Assembly: GCA_035471805.1 (NCBI GenBank)
Contig: DATIPS010000004.1
Coordinates: 973 to 64,972, forward strand
Direction of reading: 5' to 3'
Length of the DNA stretch: 64,000 nucleotides
Origin: Acidimicrobiia bacterium
GTDB taxonomy: Bacteria; Actinomycetota; Acidimicrobiia; Spongiisociales; JAHEDJ01
A model generated the notes under the pieces. The model was not told the origin of the DNA. It ran no database searches and saw only the letters and a program-made list of their open reading frames with translations. The position numbers were made by a program, and so were the translations under genes. Of the stretch, positions 1-10,776 are shown piece after piece. Position 1 is the stretch's first letter; the number at the start of each line of letters is the position of its first letter.

Positions 1-1
1 C

Positions 2-958
2 AACGAACTCTCCATTGCCCGTGACTTCCAGACGCGGCTGCCGGCCGTTTGGCAGGAGTTCGCTGCCGGGCGTATCGACCGGCGCCGTGCCAATCTCATC
101 CTCCATCGCACCGATCATCTTCCGGTCACCCAAGCGCAGGAAGTGGCTCGCCGTGCGTTGGAACGGGCTTCCGAGCTCACGACCGGGCAGCTGACGGAGC
201 TGTTGCGAAAGCTCAGCGTCGAGGCCGATCCCGCGGATGCCAAACACCGCTACGAGAACGCAGTCGATGAGCGTCGAGTCGTTCTCGAGCCCGGCACGGA
301 CGGCACAGCCCATCTCTTTTTCATGGACCTGCCGCCCGATCGAGCCGCCCGGATCCGTGACCGCATCGATTCGGCTGCCCGCGACCTGCGGACCTCGGGA
401 GAGACCCGGACGATGGACCAACTGCGTGCGGATGTTGCCCTCGACTTGCTCGATCCCAGCGTTCCACACTCGGGGCGCGAGTCGGGGCGAGGATCTCTCG
501 TGATGACGGTTGACATGGCCACACTCGCCGGTCTTACTGAATCTTCCGGCGATCTCGGTGGCTACGGTCCGGTGATTTCCGATGTCGCCCGCCGGGTGGC
601 CGAAACCTCGCTCAGCGACGAGTGGCGATTCGTTGTGACCGACGCCGAACATCAGCCGATTTGTTCCGGGATCACCCGCCGCCGTCCGACAGCAGCAGAT
701 CGGCGCGCAATCGAAACGGCATTCCCGACCTGTACGTTCCCGGGATGCCGCGTCCCGTCGACGCGGTGCGATCTCGACCACATGACACCCTGGTCTGACG
801 GCGGACCGACGTGCTGGTGCAACCTTGCCCCCCTCTGCCGGCACGACCATCGCGTGCGACACGGTGCGGGCTGGAGCTACCGGCGAACGGAGGCCGGTTC
901 CCACGAGTGGACGAGTCCTCTCAGCCATCGATATTCGAGTGAGGCCCGGGCGCCGTAA
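2..958 (+). CDS. DUF222 / HNH endonuclease family protein (13E12-repeat-like), 5' end outside the window
   Basis: The frame is open from the first bases of the window (NELSIARDFQTRLPAVWQEF...), so the listed Met at 143 is internal. C-terminal HNH signature CDLDHMTPWSDGGPT...NLAPLCRHDHRVRH. Confidence 0.8.
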   Translation, partial: NELSIARDFQTRLPAVWQEFAAGRIDRRRANLILHRTDHLPVTQAQEVARRALERASELTTGQLTELLRKLSVEADPADAKHRYENAVDERRVVLEPGTDGTAHLFFMDLPPDRAARIRDRIDSAARDLRTSGETRTMDQLRADVALDLLDPSVPHSGRESGRGSLVMTVDMATLAGLTESSGDLGGYGPVISDVARRVAETSLSDEWRFVVTDAEHQPICSGITRRRPTAADRRAIETAFPTCTFPGCRVPSTRCDLDHMTPWSDGGPTCWCNLAPLCRHDHRVRHGAGWSYRRTEAGSHEWTSPLSHRYSSEARAP

Positions 959-1260
959 CTCCGGGCGGTGAGGCCACGGGGCGCGGCGGTGTCGCTCATC
1001 GAATCGAAACTCGCCATACGACTCGCGCTTGGCGGTGAGAAGGCGGAGTCCATTGGTCTTTCCAGCACCAGAGTCCTGCCCGAACGCCTGGTGGACGACG
1101 GATTCGAGTTCGGCGATGCAGACCTCGAGACGACGCTGCACCGGATGCTGGGCTGAGGGAAAGTTCGCCTCCGCTCTGCAGCTGAGGCGTACGACACTCC
1201 GCCACCCATCCAATACCCGACGCGGCCTCGAACATCGAGTAGACGACCGAAAGAAACCCA

Positions 1261-1935
1261 ATGCCACCTATCGACCTCTCCGGAACTCGAGTCCTCGTTC
1301 TCGGCGGATCCGGTGAACTCGGAACCCGAATAGCCGGCGAGCTGCGCAACCGGGGCGCCGTTGTCCTGGCGACCGGACGAAACGCACGTCGATCCGGTGA
1401 TCCCACCGAATCGAACATGCTGGAATTCGATTTGCTCATCGACGACCCGGCTCAACTCATCGAGAGGACGGTCGAGACACTCGGAGGACTCGACGGGGTC
1501 GTCAACGCCGCAGGCGTGGTTGCCTTCGGACCCTTCGAGACACTCAGCGACGATGCTCTGAACGAACTCGTCAAAACCAACTTCACCGCCCCGCTGAGAT
1601 TGCTCAGAGAGGCGATCCCACACATCGAAGGCGGCTTCTGGGTCAGCATCACCGGGGTCGTCGCCGAGCAACCGGTGGGAGGAATGGCCGCCTACTCCGC
1701 GGTCAAAGCCGGGCTGAGCGCCGCCACGAGGGCCCTAGCCCGCGAACTCCGGCGTAGGAAGATCCACTTGCTCGACGCCCGGCCCCCTCACACCGAGACC
1801 GGGCTGGCCACCCGACCAATCGAAGGCAGCCCTCCTACGCTCCCGACCGGCCTGGATCCCGATCGGGTAGCACGGCTCATCGTCGAGGGTCTCGCGGCGG
1901 GGGAGAGAGAGCTCCCCTCAACTCAGTTCGCATAA
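1261..1935 (+). CDS. Short-chain dehydrogenase/reductase (SDR)
   Basis: N-terminal Rossmann motif VLVLGGSGELGTRIA and catalytic YxxxK (YSAVKAG). Length of 224 aa is typical of classical SDRs. Confidence 0.8.
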   Translation: MPPIDLSGTRVLVLGGSGELGTRIAGELRNRGAVVLATGRNARRSGDPTESNMLEFDLLIDDPAQLIERTVETLGGLDGVVNAAGVVAFGPFETLSDDALNELVKTNFTAPLRLLREAIPHIEGGFWVSITGVVAEQPVGGMAAYSAVKAGLSAATRALARELRRRKIHLLDARPPHTETGLATRPIEGSPPTLPTGLDPDRVARLIVEGLAAGERELPSTQFA

Positions 1936-1955
1936 CGCTGATCGTGGAGGCGGGC

Positions 1956-1976
1956 GCCACCCTGTGTAGGGGTGGC
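1956..1976 (+). terminator. Stem-loop 21 nt after the SDR stop codon
   Basis: GCCACCC (1956-1962), loop tgtgtag, GGGTGGC (1970-1976): a perfect 7-bp GC-rich stem. No U-tract follows, so terminator function is uncertain. Confidence 0.3.
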
Positions 1977-2160
1977 AGCGTTGCGGGCCATCGCAATCTG
2001 ACTTATGCGAGCAGGTTCGCGACCGCCCGGGCCGCAGACAATCCCGACAGGGAACTTGCGTTTCGGCCAGCGCTCGGTCGGGCGTTTGGTGTCTCGAGAA
2101 TCATCCATCCGCACCGTTGACGGGCTCCGTAGACAGGGTGAAGAGTCATACGGAGGAGTA

Positions 2161-2625
2161 ATGCACTTCCCGACCGTTACCGGATCGAATCTAGAACGCA
2201 GGTCTTTCACGCTTCCGGACGACCTCGAAGGCGAGGTGAACCTCGTCATATTGGCCTTCTGGAGAGACCACCAGAGTCTGGTCGACACCTGGATGCCGTT
2301 GGCAAGACGGCTGCAGACCCGTCACTCGGGCCTGGTTGCCTACGAACTGCCGGTGATCGAATCCAGGAGCCGGGTTTCCCAGTGGTTCATCGACAGCGGA
2401 ATGCGCTCCGGAATTCGCGACCGCACCACACGCGAGCACACCATCACGCTCTACATCGACAAGGCCGAGTTCCTGGCGACGCTTGAGATCGAAGACGATT
2501 CGACGATCCGGACATTGTTGATCGACCGAGCGGGCCGCATCCTCTGGCGATCCGACGGACCTCTCGACCCCGCCAAGGAACAGGCGCTTTCCGAGTTTCT
2601 CGAGCCTTCTCCCACGACCGCCTGA
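2161..2625 (+). CDS. Hypothetical protein (cysteine-free, thioredoxin-fold-like by eye)
   Basis: Start trimmed to the ATG at 2161, preceded by GGAGGAG (2152-2158). High GC3 codon pattern. I recognise no catalytic motif. Confidence 0.5.
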   Translation: MHFPTVTGSNLERRSFTLPDDLEGEVNLVILAFWRDHQSLVDTWMPLARRLQTRHSGLVAYELPVIESRSRVSQWFIDSGMRSGIRDRTTREHTITLYIDKAEFLATLEIEDDSTIRTLLIDRAGRILWRSDGPLDPAKEQALSEFLEPSPTTA

Positions 2626-2681
2626 TTTCAACAAACCTTCCGGCGACCACACGGTCGCCCGACCCCGAAAGGAGTCATCCG

Positions 2682-3812
2682 ATGAGAAAGAACCTCACTC
2701 TCGGCCGCCTGGCCGGTGTCACCATCGAGCTCAACTGGAGCGTGCTGGTCATCGCCTCCCTCATTACGTTGTCCGCTTCCGGAAGTCTTTTGCCGGCGGC
2801 GGTTCCCGGCTTGAGTGGTACCGCCTATCTGGCGGGAGGACTGATCGCGGCGGCTGCTCTGCTCGGCAGCATTCTGCTCCACGAACTCGGTCATGCTCTG
2901 GTGGCTCGCCGTCACGGAGTCCAAGTCGACCGTATCAGTCTGTGGGCCTTCGGTGGGGTCGCCCAACTCGAGGGCGAGGCTGAAACACCCCGTGCCGAAG
3001 CAGAGATCGCCGGGGTCGGCCCGGCCATCAGCCTGCTTCTCGGCGCCGGTCTCTACGGCATCGCCACAGTCATGACGGGACTCCCCGCCGCGATCGTCGG
3101 CTGGGCGGGCCTCATAAATGTCGTATTGGCATTGTTCAACTTGATACCCGGTGCTCCTCTCGACGGCGGCCGCCTCCTGCACGCCTGGCTGTGGAAGCGC
3201 CATGGTGATAGGGGGCGGGCGACGCAGACTGCCGGCAAGGTGGGTCGCTACTTCGGAACCGCGCTCATCGCACTCGGCCTGGTCCAATTCGTGTTCGGCG
3301 GATTCGGTGGGTTGTGGACTGCGTTCATCGGCTGGTTCCTGAGAAACGCGGCAACTGCCGAAGCCCGATTCGCTTCCCTGAATGAGGATCTGGGGGGCGT
3401 CACCGCACGCGACATCATGACTGCTGTCGAACCGGTCGAGGGAGATTGGCTATCCGTAGCTGCGTTCATCGACAGACACGCCGTCCAGCAGATCCGCCCG
3501 TTTTATCTAGTGGGAGAATCCGACGGACCGGTCAGCGGTGTGGTGACGGTCAAAGCTCTGGCCGCAGTGCCCGAAGATGATCGGTGGACGACGTCTGTGC
3601 GCACGGTTGCCCGACCGGTGGACGAGTACCCGGCAGTGCGTGCCGACGAACCGGCTGCAGAACTGCTGCGCAAGATCGGGACTGCGTCACTTGTCGTGGT
3701 CTGGGATGGGTCAACGCCGATCGGCACCATAACTCAGGTTCAGTTCGCCACCGCGGCCGAAACCGCGCGCATGCTGGCATCGCTGCGCAGTGTGCAGACT
3801 GAGGCGGCCTGA
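2682..3812 (+). CDS. Site-2 protease family (M50) zinc metalloprotease with C-terminal CBS-like region
   Basis: HELGHAL (HExxH) in a TM segment and the second M50 motif NLIPGAPLDGGRLL. Multiple hydrophobic helices. The C-terminal half resembles a CBS pair. Confidence 0.85.
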   Translation: MRKNLTLGRLAGVTIELNWSVLVIASLITLSASGSLLPAAVPGLSGTAYLAGGLIAAAALLGSILLHELGHALVARRHGVQVDRISLWAFGGVAQLEGEAETPRAEAEIAGVGPAISLLLGAGLYGIATVMTGLPAAIVGWAGLINVVLALFNLIPGAPLDGGRLLHAWLWKRHGDRGRATQTAGKVGRYFGTALIALGLVQFVFGGFGGLWTAFIGWFLRNAATAEARFASLNEDLGGVTARDIMTAVEPVEGDWLSVAAFIDRHAVQQIRPFYLVGESDGPVSGVVTVKALAAVPEDDRWTTSVRTVARPVDEYPAVRADEPAAELLRKIGTASLVVVWDGSTPIGTITQVQFATAAETARMLASLRSVQTEAA

Positions 3813-3912
3813 ACCAGTTCGAGACCGACCGCCCGGCGGAGGCCACGCCGGGCGGTTCATGTCATCCACCGACCTTTGCCGATCCGTACAACGGATAAGG
3901 AGGCTCACAACC

Positions 3913-4131
3913 ATGACAACCCCGCCGTCCACCGTTCCCTCTCTCCGCTCGCTCAGCACATTCCATCGCACGAAACTCGCATTCCTGGCCGCGGCCTTTG
4001 CATCGTTCGTGCTCTCGGTTTCGCTCTGGTTCCTGGTCGATCGAGAGGTCGGCCTGTTCGTCGGGCTCTGGGTCCCTGCAATTCACTCCCTCGGCACACT
4101 CGTGCTGACCGGTGAGGCCGACGAATCATGA
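3913..4131 (+). CDS. Small membrane protein, hypothetical
   Basis: The ATG at 3913 is 9 nt downstream of AAGGAGG (3897-3903). Two hydrophobic helices (LAFLAAAFASFVLSVSLWFLV, LFVGLWVPAIHSLGTLVL). Confidence 0.5.
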   Translation: MTTPPSTVPSLRSLSTFHRTKLAFLAAAFASFVLSVSLWFLVDREVGLFVGLWVPAIHSLGTLVLTGEADES

Positions 4132-4370
4132 GCAACGGTCTGCTGTTCGCAATCGGCGGCGTCCTCTTCATCATCACGACCGGCGCCACCATCGCCTTCC
4201 TTCTGTCACGAGTGATGGCCGCCCACCGACGTCAACTCCTCGAATCGGAATCCGTTTCTCACATCGAGTCGGACCGCTTCACCGAGATCTATGTCCGCGA
4301 CGACGTAGCCAAGATGACGGTTCCTGCAGGCATCGATGCAGCAAGTGGCTCCGTACCGCCCGAGAGATGA
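4128..4370 (+). CDS. Small membrane protein, hypothetical
   Basis: Its start overlaps the stop of the previous gene (ATGA). One N-terminal TM helix (LLFAIGGVLFIITTGATIAFLL). Its stop overlaps the start of the next gene. Confidence 0.5.
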   Translation: MSNGLLFAIGGVLFIITTGATIAFLLSRVMAAHRRQLLESESVSHIESDRFTEIYVRDDVAKMTVPAGIDAASGSVPPER

Positions 4371-5104
4371 TCGCCGCCGACGACTATCCGCTCACCGCCC
4401 CTTGCCCCGTTCAACGGGCCGTCATGTTGCAGCGGTGGGACGATGTCACGTTCCTGCACTGGCCGGTCGATCCTGAGATCGTTCAGTCGAGGCTTCCCTC
4501 AGGGCTCCGGGTGGACACCTTCGAGGGCCGTGCCTGGGTAGGTCTGGTTGCCTTCCGCATGCGCGGGATTCGGTTGCCGTTCCTGCCGCCGGTTCCATAC
4601 CTGGGATCGTTTCCCGAGACCAACGTCCGCACCTACGTGCGCGGTCCCAACGGCCGGCCCGGTGTCTGGTTCGATTCACTCGATATCACCCGCCTGATCC
4701 CGGTACTCGTGGCCCAAGTGAGCTACCGGATTCCCTACCGTTGGTCCAAGATGAGAATCGATCGAAGCCACGATGAAATCAGCTACACCGCCGGCACCCG
4801 CTGGCCCGGGCCGGCGGGCACGGCGAGCCGGATCGTCGTGCGACCCGGTGCGCCGATTGGGACCACCGGAAGCTTGGAACGGTTCCTGACCGCCCGCTGG
4901 GGCCTCTACAGCAGTTTCGGCGGCGGGATGACCTTTACGCCGGTCGATCATCCCGAGTGGCCCCTGAGGCGGGCTGTACTCGCAGATATCGATGATCACC
5001 TGGTAGCGGCGGCAGGCTACCCGGCTCCAGCTGACATGCCGCTGGTGCACTACGCAGCCGGAGTACCTGTGCGCGTTGGGGCACCCCGTAGGATCGAGCT
5101 CTGA
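4367..5104 (+). CDS. DUF2071 (YqjF-like) family protein
   Basis: Start trimmed to the ATG at 4367 (ATGA overlap with the previous stop). WDDVTFLHWPVDPEIVQSRLPSGLRVDTFEGRAWVGLVAFRM resembles the DUF2071 N-terminal signature. Confidence 0.65.
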   Translation: MIAADDYPLTAPCPVQRAVMLQRWDDVTFLHWPVDPEIVQSRLPSGLRVDTFEGRAWVGLVAFRMRGIRLPFLPPVPYLGSFPETNVRTYVRGPNGRPGVWFDSLDITRLIPVLVAQVSYRIPYRWSKMRIDRSHDEISYTAGTRWPGPAGTASRIVVRPGAPIGTTGSLERFLTARWGLYSSFGGGMTFTPVDHPEWPLRRAVLADIDDHLVAAAGYPAPADMPLVHYAAGVPVRVGAPRRIEL

Positions 5105-5107
5105 GCC

Positions 5108-5914
5108 ATGCCCGAGGGACATACGATCCATCGTCAGGCCCGACTCCAGCGAGCAGCGCTGGCCGGAGAGCGGATCCGAACCTGGTCTCCGCAGGGAAGG
5201 TTCGCGGCCGGCGCCGCACGTCTCGACGGTCGCATACTCAACGATATAGAGGCGCTGGGAAAACACCTCCTCTACCGGTGGGACTCCGGCGACACGCTGC
5301 ACGTTCACCTCGGACTGTTCGGCAAGTTCAAGACCTTCAAGTCCGATCCGCCGCCGCCGACCAACATGACGCGACTGGCGATGGCCAACGGGCGGGCGGT
5401 TGTGTATCTGTCGGGCCCGACCATCTGTGAACTCCTGAACACTGAGGAAGAAGACGACCTGCGGGCGCGGATCGGACCCGATCCGCTGGCTGGTCGGCGC
5501 TCCGGTCGACGATTCGTCTCCAACCTCGCTCGACGTCGAATTCCGATCGGGTCTGCGCTGCTGGATCAGAGAGTCGTTGCGGGCATCGGAAATGTCTACC
5601 GGACTGAGGTTCTCTTCAAGTGCGGCATAGCTCCTCATCGACCGGCCGACCAGATCCAGGGAGACGAGGCAAACCTACTCTGGACGACAATCAGATCCGA
5701 ACTCCGCGCCGGTGAAGCTGCCGGGCGGATCGTGACGGTGAGCCCGAACGACGTCGGTGTACGCGCCCGGGCGGACATACCCCGCCAAGAGCGACTCTAC
5801 GCCTACAAGCGAGCCGGGTTGCCGTGCCGTCGCTGCGGTGACACGATCCTGTCCGCCGAGATGGCCAACCGCCTCATCTGGTGGTGCCCGACCTGCCAGC
5901 CGCCGTCAAGATGA
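5108..5914 (+). CDS. nei: Fpg/Nei family DNA glycosylase (endonuclease VIII-like)
   Basis: N-terminal MPEGHT (catalytic Pro2/Glu3), H2TH-like region GIGNVYRTEVLF, and C-terminal zinc finger CRRCG...WWCPTCQ. Confidence 0.85.
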   Translation: MPEGHTIHRQARLQRAALAGERIRTWSPQGRFAAGAARLDGRILNDIEALGKHLLYRWDSGDTLHVHLGLFGKFKTFKSDPPPPTNMTRLAMANGRAVVYLSGPTICELLNTEEEDDLRARIGPDPLAGRRSGRRFVSNLARRRIPIGSALLDQRVVAGIGNVYRTEVLFKCGIAPHRPADQIQGDEANLLWTTIRSELRAGEAAGRIVTVSPNDVGVRARADIPRQERLYAYKRAGLPCRRCGDTILSAEMANRLIWWCPTCQPPSR

Positions 5915-6063
5915 ACCCTTCACGGCCGTTCTATGCGCCCATACCCGCTTTGCGGGCGACTCACTGCCGCGGGTGAACGGTGCATAACGCCGCAGCGTCG
6001 CGTATCTTGGGGAAACACTCCAGGGAGATGTTCCGTGACTGAGGGGATGATGAGGGCCTGACC

Positions 6064-9000
6064 ATGTATTGCCCGACCTGCGCACACGAGAACCCGGCCG
6101 GCCAGAAGTTTTGCGGAAACTGCGGCAACAGCCTGGCGGCGGCGTGCTCGAACTGTGGCGCCGAGAACCCGCCGGGCAATCGGTTCTGCGGTGAATGCGG
6201 CACGGTGCTGGGAGGTGCCTCACCGATTCCGACCGCGGCCCCCTCCGCCGCGCCCGACACCTATCTCGAGCGCCGGGTCGTTTCCGTCCTCTTTGTCGAC
6301 CTCGTCAACTACACATCGTTCTCCGAGGGCCGGGACGCCGAGGACGTCCGTTCATTCCTTTCCGACTACTTCGACCGGAGTAGAGAGATCATCGAACGTT
6401 TCGGCGGAGTGGTCGAGAAGTTCATCGGCGATGCCGTTATGGCCGCCTGGGGCGCCGTCGCCACCAATGAGGATGATGCCGAACGGGCCGTGCGAGCCGG
6501 CATGGAGCTGGTCGACATGGTGGCCAAGCTCGGAGCCGACGCCGGCGTTCCCGAACTGGCCGCGAGAGCGGGGGTACTGACCGGGGAAGCCTCGGTACGG
6601 TCGGACACCAGCTCGGAAGGAATGGTGATCGGCGACCTCGTCAACACTGCCGCCCGGCTCCAGGGTTCGGCCGAGCCCGGCACGGTGTACGTGGGGGAGA
6701 CCACCTACCGGGCAGCAGGCGATTCGATCCAGTTCGCAGACATCGGTTCGCTCGACATGAAGGGCAAGGACCTCCCGGTTCCTGCATGGAAAGCATTGCG
6801 TATCGTCGCGCAGATCGGCGGCGCGCTCCGCAGCGATGGTCTCGAACCGCCCTTCACCGGTCGTGCTCCCGAGCTGCGGATGTTCAAGGACCAGCTCCAC
6901 GCCGCCGAGCGCGAGCAGAGAGCGAGACTCATCTCGGTCGTCGGCCAGGCGGGCATCGGCAAGAGCCGCCTGGTCTGGGAGTTCCAGAAGTACATCGACG
7001 GCCTCATCAGCGACATCTACTGGCACGAGGGCCGGTCACCTGCCTACGGCGACAACCTCGCCTTCTGGGCCGTTGGCGAGATGGTCCGGCATCGTGCCGG
7101 AATTGCCGAAACCGATGATTCAACCACCACCAGAACCCGGCTCCGGGAGATGATCAACACCTATGTTCCCGATCCGGACGAGCAAAGCTGGGTCGAACCC
7201 CACCTCGAAGGACTGCTCGGGCTACGCGACGGCCACGTCGGAGAAGGCAGTGAACAAGCCGCCGCCTATCGGATCCTCTTTGAGCGCATAGCCGCCAAGG
7301 GGACCACCGTGCTGGTGTTTGAGGACCTCCACTGGGCCGACCCTGCCTTGCTCGATTTTGTGGAAGAACTGACCGATTGGTCGCGAGACCATCCAATCCT
7401 CATCATCACCCTCGCTCGGGCAGATCTCCTCGACCGCCGGCCGACATGGGGCGCCGGCAAGAGCGGATTCATCTCCCTGAACTTGAGTCCGTTGAGTGAC
7501 AACGAAATGGGCGAGCTCGTTTCGGGTCTTGTTCCCGGCATTCCGGAAGTAACTCTGGGAGGAGTGGTCGAACGATCAGGTGGCGTCCCGATGTACGCGG
7601 TCGAGTTCGTGCGCATGCTCCTCGGCCAGGCCGTTCTGAACCAGAAAGACGATGGCACTTTCGAGATAGCCGGCGACCCGGCAGAGCTGCCGGTCCCGGA
7701 ATCGGTCTCCGCCGTGATCGGTGCCCGACTGGATCGACTCGCTGAGGCGGACCGATCCTTGCTGCAGGACGCCGCCGTCATGGGCCACTCATTCAGCGTG
7801 GAAGGTCTGGCCTTCCTGACCGATCGGGACACCACAGACCTGGAGGGAAAGCTGGCACCGCTGGTACGGCATGAGCTGCTGGAAATCGTCAGAGACCCCC
7901 GGTCGCCGACCAGGGGCCAATACCGCTTCGTGCAGGGCCTCATTCGCGAGGTCGCACATGCCCGCATTTCGCGCGATGTCCGACGCGCTCGCCACCTGAA
8001 AGTGGCCGATTACTTCGCGTCCCTCAACGACGAGGAACTGGCCGGCATAGTGGCCTTCCATCTCGTAGAGGCACTGAGAGCCACCACCGATTCAGGGGCC
8101 GCCGCCCGGCTGTTGGATCGAGCCAAGGCCGCCATGCTCGATGCCATCGATCGTGCAGATGATCTCAACGCCTGGGACCAATGCCTGAGTCTGGCCAAGC
8201 AGGCGGAGGAGTTCTTCACCGGCCCGACCAATTTGCTGCCCTTCTGGGAGCGCGCCACGGCCGCCGCGGAACACCTTGCCAGGTATGAGGAGTGCGAGGC
8301 CTATGCCCGGCGCTGTATCGAGGCCGCCCGGGAACTCGGCGATCGGACGGTCGAAGCGCAGGCGATGAGCCTGCTGGGAACCGCCTACAACGTAAGTGGC
8401 CGGGCCAAACGGGCGGTTGAAGTCCTGACGCCGTATCTGGCAGAGCACCCGGACCCAGAAGGCGATGAGGGGTTGACGCGGGCCTACATGGCTCTGGCTC
8501 GGGGGCAGATGTTGGCCGGCGAGGGCGACCCGGCGGAGACGGCCCTGGTAGCCATGCGAGCCGCGGACCTTCTGGACCTCGACGAGGTTGCCGCCCAATC
8601 GATGATCACCAGAGGAACGGCCCTCTCGGGCCAGGCACGACCGCGCGAGTCCATGGCATTGCTCCATGAGGCGCTCAAGATCGCGGAGGAGCATGGGTTC
8701 GTCGGAACCAAACTCCGCGCACTCGCCAACATAGGCTACGGATCCCCCGACCCTCAGGAGAGCATCTCCGCCACCGACACCGGCTTCCGGGAGTCCCGCC
8801 GGCTGGGAGAGAAATCTCATCTCCAGTTCTTTGCAGGAAACTGGGCCTCCTTCCGGATCTACGTCGGCGACTTCGACGCCCCGGCATCGATCACCCACGA
8901 TCCGATCTTCTCTGATGCCCCGGCAGATTGGTGGGCCCACCACTACTCGTATCTGGCGTCCGCTTCGGCAAACAAAGGTGATTTCGACCGGGCCAAGGAT

Positions 9001-9531
9001 GAGCTGGCCAGGGCAAGGGAACTCGCCGCCGATTCAGACGACCCGCAACTCTTGCAGGCCATCCAACGGGCATCCATGACCATCGCCTGGGCCGAAGGCC
9101 GATTCCGTCAAGGTCTCGATGAGGCGTTGGACCTGTCACGGCGGTTCACCTTCGCGCACGGGATCATCATGTTCTTCGCGCGCCTCTGCGCGCTGACGTC
9201 CGGCGACCCTGCTTTGATCGCCGAGTACCGGGACCGGTTGGCCGAACTTCCCGCCGACGCTTGGGTGAGGGCATTCCGCGAGGATTTGAAAGGGCTCGAT
9301 CAGGTGCTGCTGGGTGACACCGGCCTTCTGAGGGAACAGGTGCGCCGGTGGGTCGACTACTGGGGCGCGCCACCGACGGCAATCGTCCTGATGGTGGCCG
9401 GCGCACTGCTTCTTCCCGACAACCATCCCGAACGCCGGGCGCTCATCGAAGAGGCCCGGCAAATGAGCAGCGAGATTGGGATGACCACCGTGCCGATCGA
9501 TGTTGCCCTCGGAAGGGTCACCTCCGCCTGA
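6064..9531 (+). CDS. Double zinc-ribbon / class III adenylate-guanylate cyclase / P-loop (STAND-like) ATPase / helical-repeat protein
   Basis: N-terminus has CPTC...CGNCG and CSNCG...CGECG. Cyclase motifs [12 protein letters not shown] and [11 protein letters not shown]. Walker [11 protein letters not shown] and Walker B-like [11 protein letters not shown]. Long alpha-helical C-terminus. I recognise no C-terminal LuxR-type HTH. Confidence 0.85.
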   Translation: MYCPTCAHENPAGQKFCGNCGNSLAAACSNCGAENPPGNRFCGECGTVLGGASPIPTAAPSAAPDTYLERRVVSVLFVDLVNYTSFSEGRDAEDVRSFLSDYFDRSREIIERFGGVVEKFIGDAVMAAWGAVATNEDDAERAVRAGMELVDMVAKLGADAGVPELAARAGVLTGEASVRSDTSSEGMVIGDLVNTAARLQGSAEPGTVYVGETTYRAAGDSIQFADIGSLDMKGKDLPVPAWKALRIVAQIGGALRSDGLEPPFTGRAPELRMFKDQLHAAEREQRARLISVVGQAGIGKSRLVWEFQKYIDGLISDIYWHEGRSPAYGDNLAFWAVGEMVRHRAGIAETDDSTTTRTRLREMINTYVPDPDEQSWVEPHLEGLLGLRDGHVGEGSEQAAAYRILFERIAAKGTTVLVFEDLHWADPALLDFVEELTDWSRDHPILIITLARADLLDRRPTWGAGKSGFISLNLSPLSDNEMGELVSGLVPGIPEVTLGGVVERSGGVPMYAVEFVRMLLGQAVLNQKDDGTFEIAGDPAELPVPESVSAVIGARLDRLAEADRSLLQDAAVMGHSFSVEGLAFLTDRDTTDLEGKLAPLVRHELLEIVRDPRSPTRGQYRFVQGLIREVAHARISRDVRRARHLKVADYFASLNDEELAGIVAFHLVEALRATTDSGAAARLLDRAKAAMLDAIDRADDLNAWDQCLSLAKQAEEFFTGPTNLLPFWERATAAAEHLARYEECEAYARRCIEAARELGDRTVEAQAMSLLGTAYNVSGRAKRAVEVLTPYLAEHPDPEGDEGLTRAYMALARGQMLAGEGDPAETALVAMRAADLLDLDEVAAQSMITRGTALSGQARPRESMALLHEALKIAEEHGFVGTKLRALANIGYGSPDPQESISATDTGFRESRRLGEKSHLQFFAGNWASFRIYVGDFDAPASITHDPIFSDAPADWWAHHYSYLASASANKGDFDRAKDELARARELAADSDDPQLLQAIQRASMTIAWAEGRFRQGLDEALDLSRRFTFAHGIIMFFARLCALTSGDPALIAEYRDRLAELPADAWVRAFREDLKGLDQVLLGDTGLLREQVRRWVDYWGAPPTAIVLMVAGALLLPDNHPERRALIEEARQMSSEIGMTTVPIDVALGRVTSA

Positions 9532-9572
9532 GCGCGCCCAGTCTGTGTACCCTGCCCCCCGGAGGACAAATC

Positions 9573-10745
9573 GTGGAGTTCCGTCGGATACACAGCCTGC
9601 CGCCATACGTGTTTGCCAAGGTCGACGCACTCAAGCGTCAGGCGCGCCGGGCCGGTGAAGACATCATCGACCTCGGATTCGGGAATCCCGATATTCCGAC
9701 CAATCCAGCCGTGGTTGAGAAACTGACGGAGGCGGCGAGGAACCCCCGCAATCATCGCTACTCGCAGTCGCGCGGGATTCCCAATCTCCGCAAGGCTGTG
9801 GCCGACCGTTATCGGCGGCGTTTTGGAATCGACCTCGATCCCGAGACCGAGGTCATCAACACGATCGGCGCCAAAGAGGGTTTGTCTCACCTGATGTGGG
9901 CACTTGTGCAGCCGGGCGATGTTGCGCTCGTGCCGGAGCCGAGCTATCCGATTCACATCTACGCACCGCTGCTGGCAGGCGCCGAAGTGCGCAAGGTGCC
10001 GGTCTCCGCCGACCAGGACTTCTTTGAACGGATGGAAGCCACGTTTCACGACTCCTGGCCGCGGCCCAGGGTGATCCTCGTATCGTTTCCACACAATCCG
10101 ACCACGATGTGTGTTGACGAGGAGTTCTTCGTGCGTCTCGTGGCGTTCGCCAAGGAATACGGTGTCTTCGTCGTCAACGATTTCGCCTACGCCGACGTGT
10201 CTTTCGACGGATACAAACCACCCAGCCTTCTCCAGGTTCCCGGCGGCAAGGACGTCGGTGTCGAGCTCTACACGATGACCAAAGGCCATTCGATGGCGGG
10301 CTGGCGGGTCGGTTTCGTAGCAGGCAATGCTGAGATGGTGGCCGCCCTCGCCAAGCTGAAGTCCTATCTCGACTACGGGACCTTCCAACCGATCCAGATC
10401 GCCTCGATCATTGCCCTCAACGAAGGCGACGAGTACGTCTCCGAGGTCAACGACATCTACGCGCAGCGGCGCGATGTGCTGATCGAAGGCCTCAACCGGG
10501 CCGGTTGGAAGATCGAAGCCCCGAAGGCCACCATGTTCGTCTGGGCGCCGATCCCGGACCCCTACCGGGAGATGGGATCGATCGATTTCACCATCGATCT
10601 CCTGCAACGCGCCAAAGTGGCGGTGAGCCCGGGCATCGGTTTCGGTGCTTCGGGGGAGGGGTTCGTCAGGTTTGCGCTGGTCGAGAACGAGCACCGGATC
10701 GGTCAGGCCGTCCGGGGGATCAGAAAGGCCCTCGACCGCCTCTGA
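9573..10745 (+). CDS. Class I/II PLP-dependent aminotransferase (AlaA/AspC-like)
   Basis: Start trimmed to the GTG at 9573, 7 nt after GGAGG (9561-9565). LGFGNPD near the N-terminus and the PLP-lysine region [15 protein letters not shown]. Confidence 0.85.
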   Translation: MEFRRIHSLPPYVFAKVDALKRQARRAGEDIIDLGFGNPDIPTNPAVVEKLTEAARNPRNHRYSQSRGIPNLRKAVADRYRRRFGIDLDPETEVINTIGAKEGLSHLMWALVQPGDVALVPEPSYPIHIYAPLLAGAEVRKVPVSADQDFFERMEATFHDSWPRPRVILVSFPHNPTTMCVDEEFFVRLVAFAKEYGVFVVNDFAYADVSFDGYKPPSLLQVPGGKDVGVELYTMTKGHSMAGWRVGFVAGNAEMVAALAKLKSYLDYGTFQPIQIASIIALNEGDEYVSEVNDIYAQRRDVLIEGLNRAGWKIEAPKATMFVWAPIPDPYREMGSIDFTIDLLQRAKVAVSPGIGFGASGEGFVRFALVENEHRIGQAVRGIRKALDRL

Positions 10746-10776
10746 GCAGGTGACCCTCACAGAGGCGACAAGACTG

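Noticed and set aside
968-1156. 62-aa plus-strand ORF as an independent gene
   Set aside because: No ribosome-binding site or recognisable domain. I kept it only as a possible gene remnant in a finding, not as a feature.
9357-10760. 467-aa minus-strand ORF covering the whole aminotransferase gene
   Set aside because: The translation is Arg/Gly/Pro-rich with no motifs. The plus strand encodes a clearly recognisable PLP aminotransferase. Long antisense ORFs are expected in GC-rich DNA.
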